DNA from: a bacterium
GTDB taxonomy: Bacteria > Cyanobacteriota > Vampirovibrionia > Gastranaerophilales > JBAXKC01
DNA: 10,856 nucleotides
Direction: 5' to 3'
Assembly (NCBI GenBank): GCA_037137535.1
Contig: JBAXKC010000059.1
Coordinates: forward strand, 1-10,856
Positions 7,909 to 10,856 of the stretch are shown here, piece by piece. Numbering within the stretch: the first letter of the stretch is position 1; each line of letters starts with the position of its first letter. The notes below the pieces were generated by a model. That model was not told the DNA's origin. It saw only the letters and a program-made list of their open reading frames with translations, and ran no database searches. The position numbers were made by a program, and so were the translations under genes.

Positions 7909-8874
7909 TTGAAAAGAACTTATTTAATTACTGGCGGAGCAGGTTTTATTGGCAGTAGTCTTATTGATAAGCTGATTGATAATGCTAATGTTATATGTGT
8001 AGATAATTTTGATGATTTTTATTCAGAAACAATAAAAAGAAATAATATAAAAAATCATATTGATCATCCAAATTATAAACTTTATGAAGCTGATATTACT
8101 GATTATAGTTCTTTGAAAAGTATTTTTGAATTAAATAATATTACTCATATTGTTCATCTTGCCGCTAATGCAGGTGTAAGACCTTCGCTGCTTATGCCTA
8201 TAAAATATACGAATACGAATATTAATGGGACCGTTAATTTACTTGAGCTGGCAAAAGATTATAAGGTGAAAAAGTTTGTATTTGGCTCTTCAAGTTCTGT
8301 GTACGGTATAAAAACAGATGGAGCTTTTAGTGAGGACGTCAAAATAGATAAACCAATTTCTCCTTATGCCGCCACAAAAGCAGCAGGCGAACAGCTTTGT
8401 TATACTTACAGCCATTTATATGATTTAAGTATTGTGTGCCTTAGATTTTTTACTGTTTATGGCCCAAGACAACGTCCTGATTTAGCTATACATAAGTTTT
8501 CTAAACTTATTAATGAAGGTAAAACAATCCCTATGTTTGGTAATGGCGACACAAAAAGAGATTATACTTTTATAGATGATATTTTACAGGGATTAATTGC
8601 CTCTATTGATTATACTGACAGTCAATATGAAGTAATAAATCTCGGAGAATCAAATACAGTTGAGCTGAATTATTTAATTGAATTACTTGAACAAAATATT
8701 GGTAAAAAAGCTATTATTGAAAAATATCCAATGCAACCGGGTGATGTTCCGATTACTTACGCAGATGTTACAAAAGCTCAGAGATTACTTGATTATAATC
8801 CTACAACCCCTATTGAAAAAGGATTAGAGGTATTTACAGAATGGTTTAAAGAATATTATAAAGTTATGGTTTAA
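7909..8874 (+). CDS. NAD-dependent nucleotide-sugar epimerase (extended SDR, UDP-glucuronate 4-epimerase-like)
   Basis: TGGAGFIG, HLAANAGVRPSL, GSSSSVYG, catalytic YAATK, LRFFTVYGPRQRPDLA, RDYTFIDD, QPGDVPITYAD. TTG start with RBS GGGAGG. Confidence 0.95.
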   Translation: MKRTYLITGGAGFIGSSLIDKLIDNANVICVDNFDDFYSETIKRNNIKNHIDHPNYKLYEADITDYSSLKSIFELNNITHIVHLAANAGVRPSLLMPIKYTNTNINGTVNLLELAKDYKVKKFVFGSSSSVYGIKTDGAFSEDVKIDKPISPYAATKAAGEQLCYTYSHLYDLSIVCLRFFTVYGPRQRPDLAIHKFSKLINEGKTIPMFGNGDTKRDYTFIDDILQGLIASIDYTDSQYEVINLGESNTVELNYLIELLEQNIGKKAIIEKYPMQPGDVPITYADVTKAQRLLDYNPTTPIEKGLEVFTEWFKEYYKVMV

Positions 8875-8882
8875 TTTTGCAG

Positions 8883-8921
8883 TTCAAAAGAAGCAAGCCA
8901 ATGAGGTTTGCTTCTTTTGAA
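8883..8921. terminator. Bidirectional intrinsic terminator between convergent epimerase and calpain genes
   Basis: TTCAAAAGAAGCAAGCC-aatga-GGTTTGCTTCTTTTGAA, a 17-bp stem with one G-T pair. Confidence 0.85.
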
Positions 8922-8941
8922 TTCTCACGATTTATAAAGAT

Positions 8942-10717
8942 TTAACTCCTGAATGGAAGTTTTACCCATCTTAGCCTATCAAAATAATTAAAAAATTCGT
9001 CAAAAGTATATTCTCTTTCTTTATTTGTATCATGAGGATTTATAAGTGTAATTGTTTCATTTTCGTTATCAATTTCTTTTACTGCATAGGAATGATTCAT
9101 AAAAATATTTTTAGATCTATTTTGAGTTATGTTTTCACTTGTTCCAACAGTTAAAACATAATCTTCAGGATTATTTGAAACTTCGTTAAATATTTCTTTA
9201 ACTTCATTTTTAGCATCTATGTCACTATAAAAAGATTCATCCTTACTAATAATTTCTCTTTTTTCCGTTGCTCCTGTTAAAGAGTATAAGGCATCATTTG
9301 CATTTACTCCGGTAATCCAATGTTTCCAATTATTAGGAGATTTTACATCTGCTTTCCAGTTCATACTTTCTTTAAGTTTTGAATAGCTGTATTCAAGAAG
9401 CGGAACAAATTTATTATTAGGAGCATTGACGATATCAGTGTCTTTTAATAGGGAAGAAAATTCATTGTAACTTATTTCAATAGGATTTTGAGGGAAACCT
9501 GGAAATGTAACAGTATATTTGTAATTTTTGTTGTCTGTTTTTATCATTTTAGGGATTAGTTCATTAATTTCAGGTTTTAATGAAAGTGAAGAAAGAGCAG
9601 CAATAAAGCTGCAATCGCCAATTTGTCCCTGCTTGATTTTCAGGTTATTAAATCCTGCTATTGCTAAGCTGGCAAAATTGGTGTTTTGTATAAAATCAGC
9701 TGCATTAGAAGATATACGTCTTAGACCGCTTTTAGCATTAAGAAAAATATCATTATCAACAGAAAAAAGCGAATTTACAGGTAATATGGTTTTATCATAC
9801 GGGAAACATCTTACAAAACTGTTTCCATCAAGTTCTCCAACTAAATCTCCTGAATTTGTTAATGTAATTGAGTTATCCGAATTCTTTTCTACTGTTACAT
9901 AAGAAAACTTATTGGTATTATTTGGGCTAAGTTTTATATCGCTATCTTTATCTATACCTATTTTAACTTTTTTATTTAACGGTAGTTTATATAGTTCACC
10001 TCTTTGTGCAAAAGAAGAAACTTCATCGTAATCATTTTGGAAATTATTTTGAATTGTATTTTGTATTTCTTTATAAAGTTGCTCTTTTAAATCTAAAGCT
10101 TTTTCTTTTGACATAGTGAATAATATATCACGATTATTATTGATAAAAGTTTTAATTATTGATTTATCTTTGTTTTGAAGTGCAGAATTTAATTTTTCGT
10201 AATCTTTATTATTTTCATCAGGATCAGAAAGTTCAAAGCCATAATCGTTTAACAATATGGCATTTTCCGTTGAAGTTGTATCGTGTAATAAGTTTTTATT
10301 GTTATTATCATTGTAAAATTTTGCAATTGAAGTATATAAACATAATGCAAATTCATTTTTACTTATATCGTCTATAGTATAATATACTCCCTTTTTGAAA
10401 TAAAGATCGAAAGCAGTAGAAAGTTTTTTTATTGAATGATTTACTTGAATAGAGGATTTAACATTGTATATTTCATGTCCGCTTGAGCTCATCTCTCCAT
10501 AGCCCATTACATAATTTCTTGAAAGTTTGTTTTCAGGGGTATATATATATTCTTTTGGTTCGGGTTTTATTTCGGTATTTCTATTGCTATAAGTTTTTTT
10601 CGTAAAACTAACTACATCTGAAGATAAACTAGGTAGTTTAATTTGGTTTAGAGGTATTATTGCTTTTTTACCTAGGGATTGAGAACTTAATGTGGAGAAA
10701 AGATTTAACTTAATCAT
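8942..10717 (-). CDS. Calpain-family (peptidase C2) cysteine protease with long N-terminal region
   Basis: IKQGQIGDC369SFIAALSSL (cf. QGxLGDCW), LLEYSYSKL (cf. LLEKAYAKL), ALYSLTG, NH542SYAV (cf. HAYSV), ITLIN560PHD (cf. LRNPWG). Complete Cys-His-Asn triad plus oxyanion Gln363. RBS AAGGA. Confidence 0.9.
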   Translation of the reverse strand: MIKLNLFSTLSSQSLGKKAIIPLNQIKLPSLSSDVVSFTKKTYSNRNTEIKPEPKEYIYTPENKLSRNYVMGYGEMSSSGHEIYNVKSSIQVNHSIKKLSTAFDLYFKKGVYYTIDDISKNEFALCLYTSIAKFYNDNNNKNLLHDTTSTENAILLNDYGFELSDPDENNKDYEKLNSALQNKDKSIIKTFINNNRDILFTMSKEKALDLKEQLYKEIQNTIQNNFQNDYDEVSSFAQRGELYKLPLNKKVKIGIDKDSDIKLSPNNTNKFSYVTVEKNSDNSITLTNSGDLVGELDGNSFVRCFPYDKTILPVNSLFSVDNDIFLNAKSGLRRISSNAADFIQNTNFASLAIAGFNNLKIKQGQIGDCSFIAALSSLSLKPEINELIPKMIKTDNKNYKYTVTFPGFPQNPIEISYNEFSSLLKDTDIVNAPNNKFVPLLEYSYSKLKESMNWKADVKSPNNWKHWITGVNANDALYSLTGATEKREIISKDESFYSDIDAKNEVKEIFNEVSNNPEDYVLTVGTSENITQNRSKNIFMNHSYAVKEIDNENETITLINPHDTNKEREYTFDEFFNYFDRLRWVKLPFRS

Positions 10718-10856
10718 TCAGTTTTCCTTTAAAATGTAGTTTTTTGTTTATATTAAGTAGCAGGAAAAATATAATTGCATATTATTGTAAAAAATTAATA
10801 TTTAAGAAGCTGTTTGGTTAAAAACATTTTTTAACGGTAACCCTTATCATTGCTAT

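Noticed and set aside
7524-10377. ORFs 7524-7721(-), 9528-9902(+), 10159-10377(+)
   Set aside because: Antisense to the well-supported lipid kinase and calpain genes.

Overview
AT-rich bacterial chromosomal window from a diderm organism (it encodes Skp). The leader style suggests non-photosynthetic Cyanobacteriota (Melainabacteria/Gastranaerophilales-like), but this is an inference. Minus strand: hisS, a small secreted hypothetical protein, tRNA-Ser(GGA) and skp/ompH. These are followed by a divergent guanylate-kinase-like gene (+), a fused two-module M16B zinc peptidase (-), a DAGK-family lipid kinase plus a UDP-glucuronate-epimerase-like SDR (+), and a calpain-family (C2) cysteine protease (-). 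No mobile element or CRISPR array is visible. The main unexplained signal is a ~40-aa hydrophilic, non-Sec N-terminal leader ending in LxxLSxDxVSF on two unrelated enzymes (the Gmk-like kinase and the calpain). The M16 peptidase also has a hydrophilic N-terminal extension and an internal QVSFAG at its module junction. This may be an uncharacterised protein targeting/processing system. The Gmk-like protein also appears to have lost its guanine-specificity residues.
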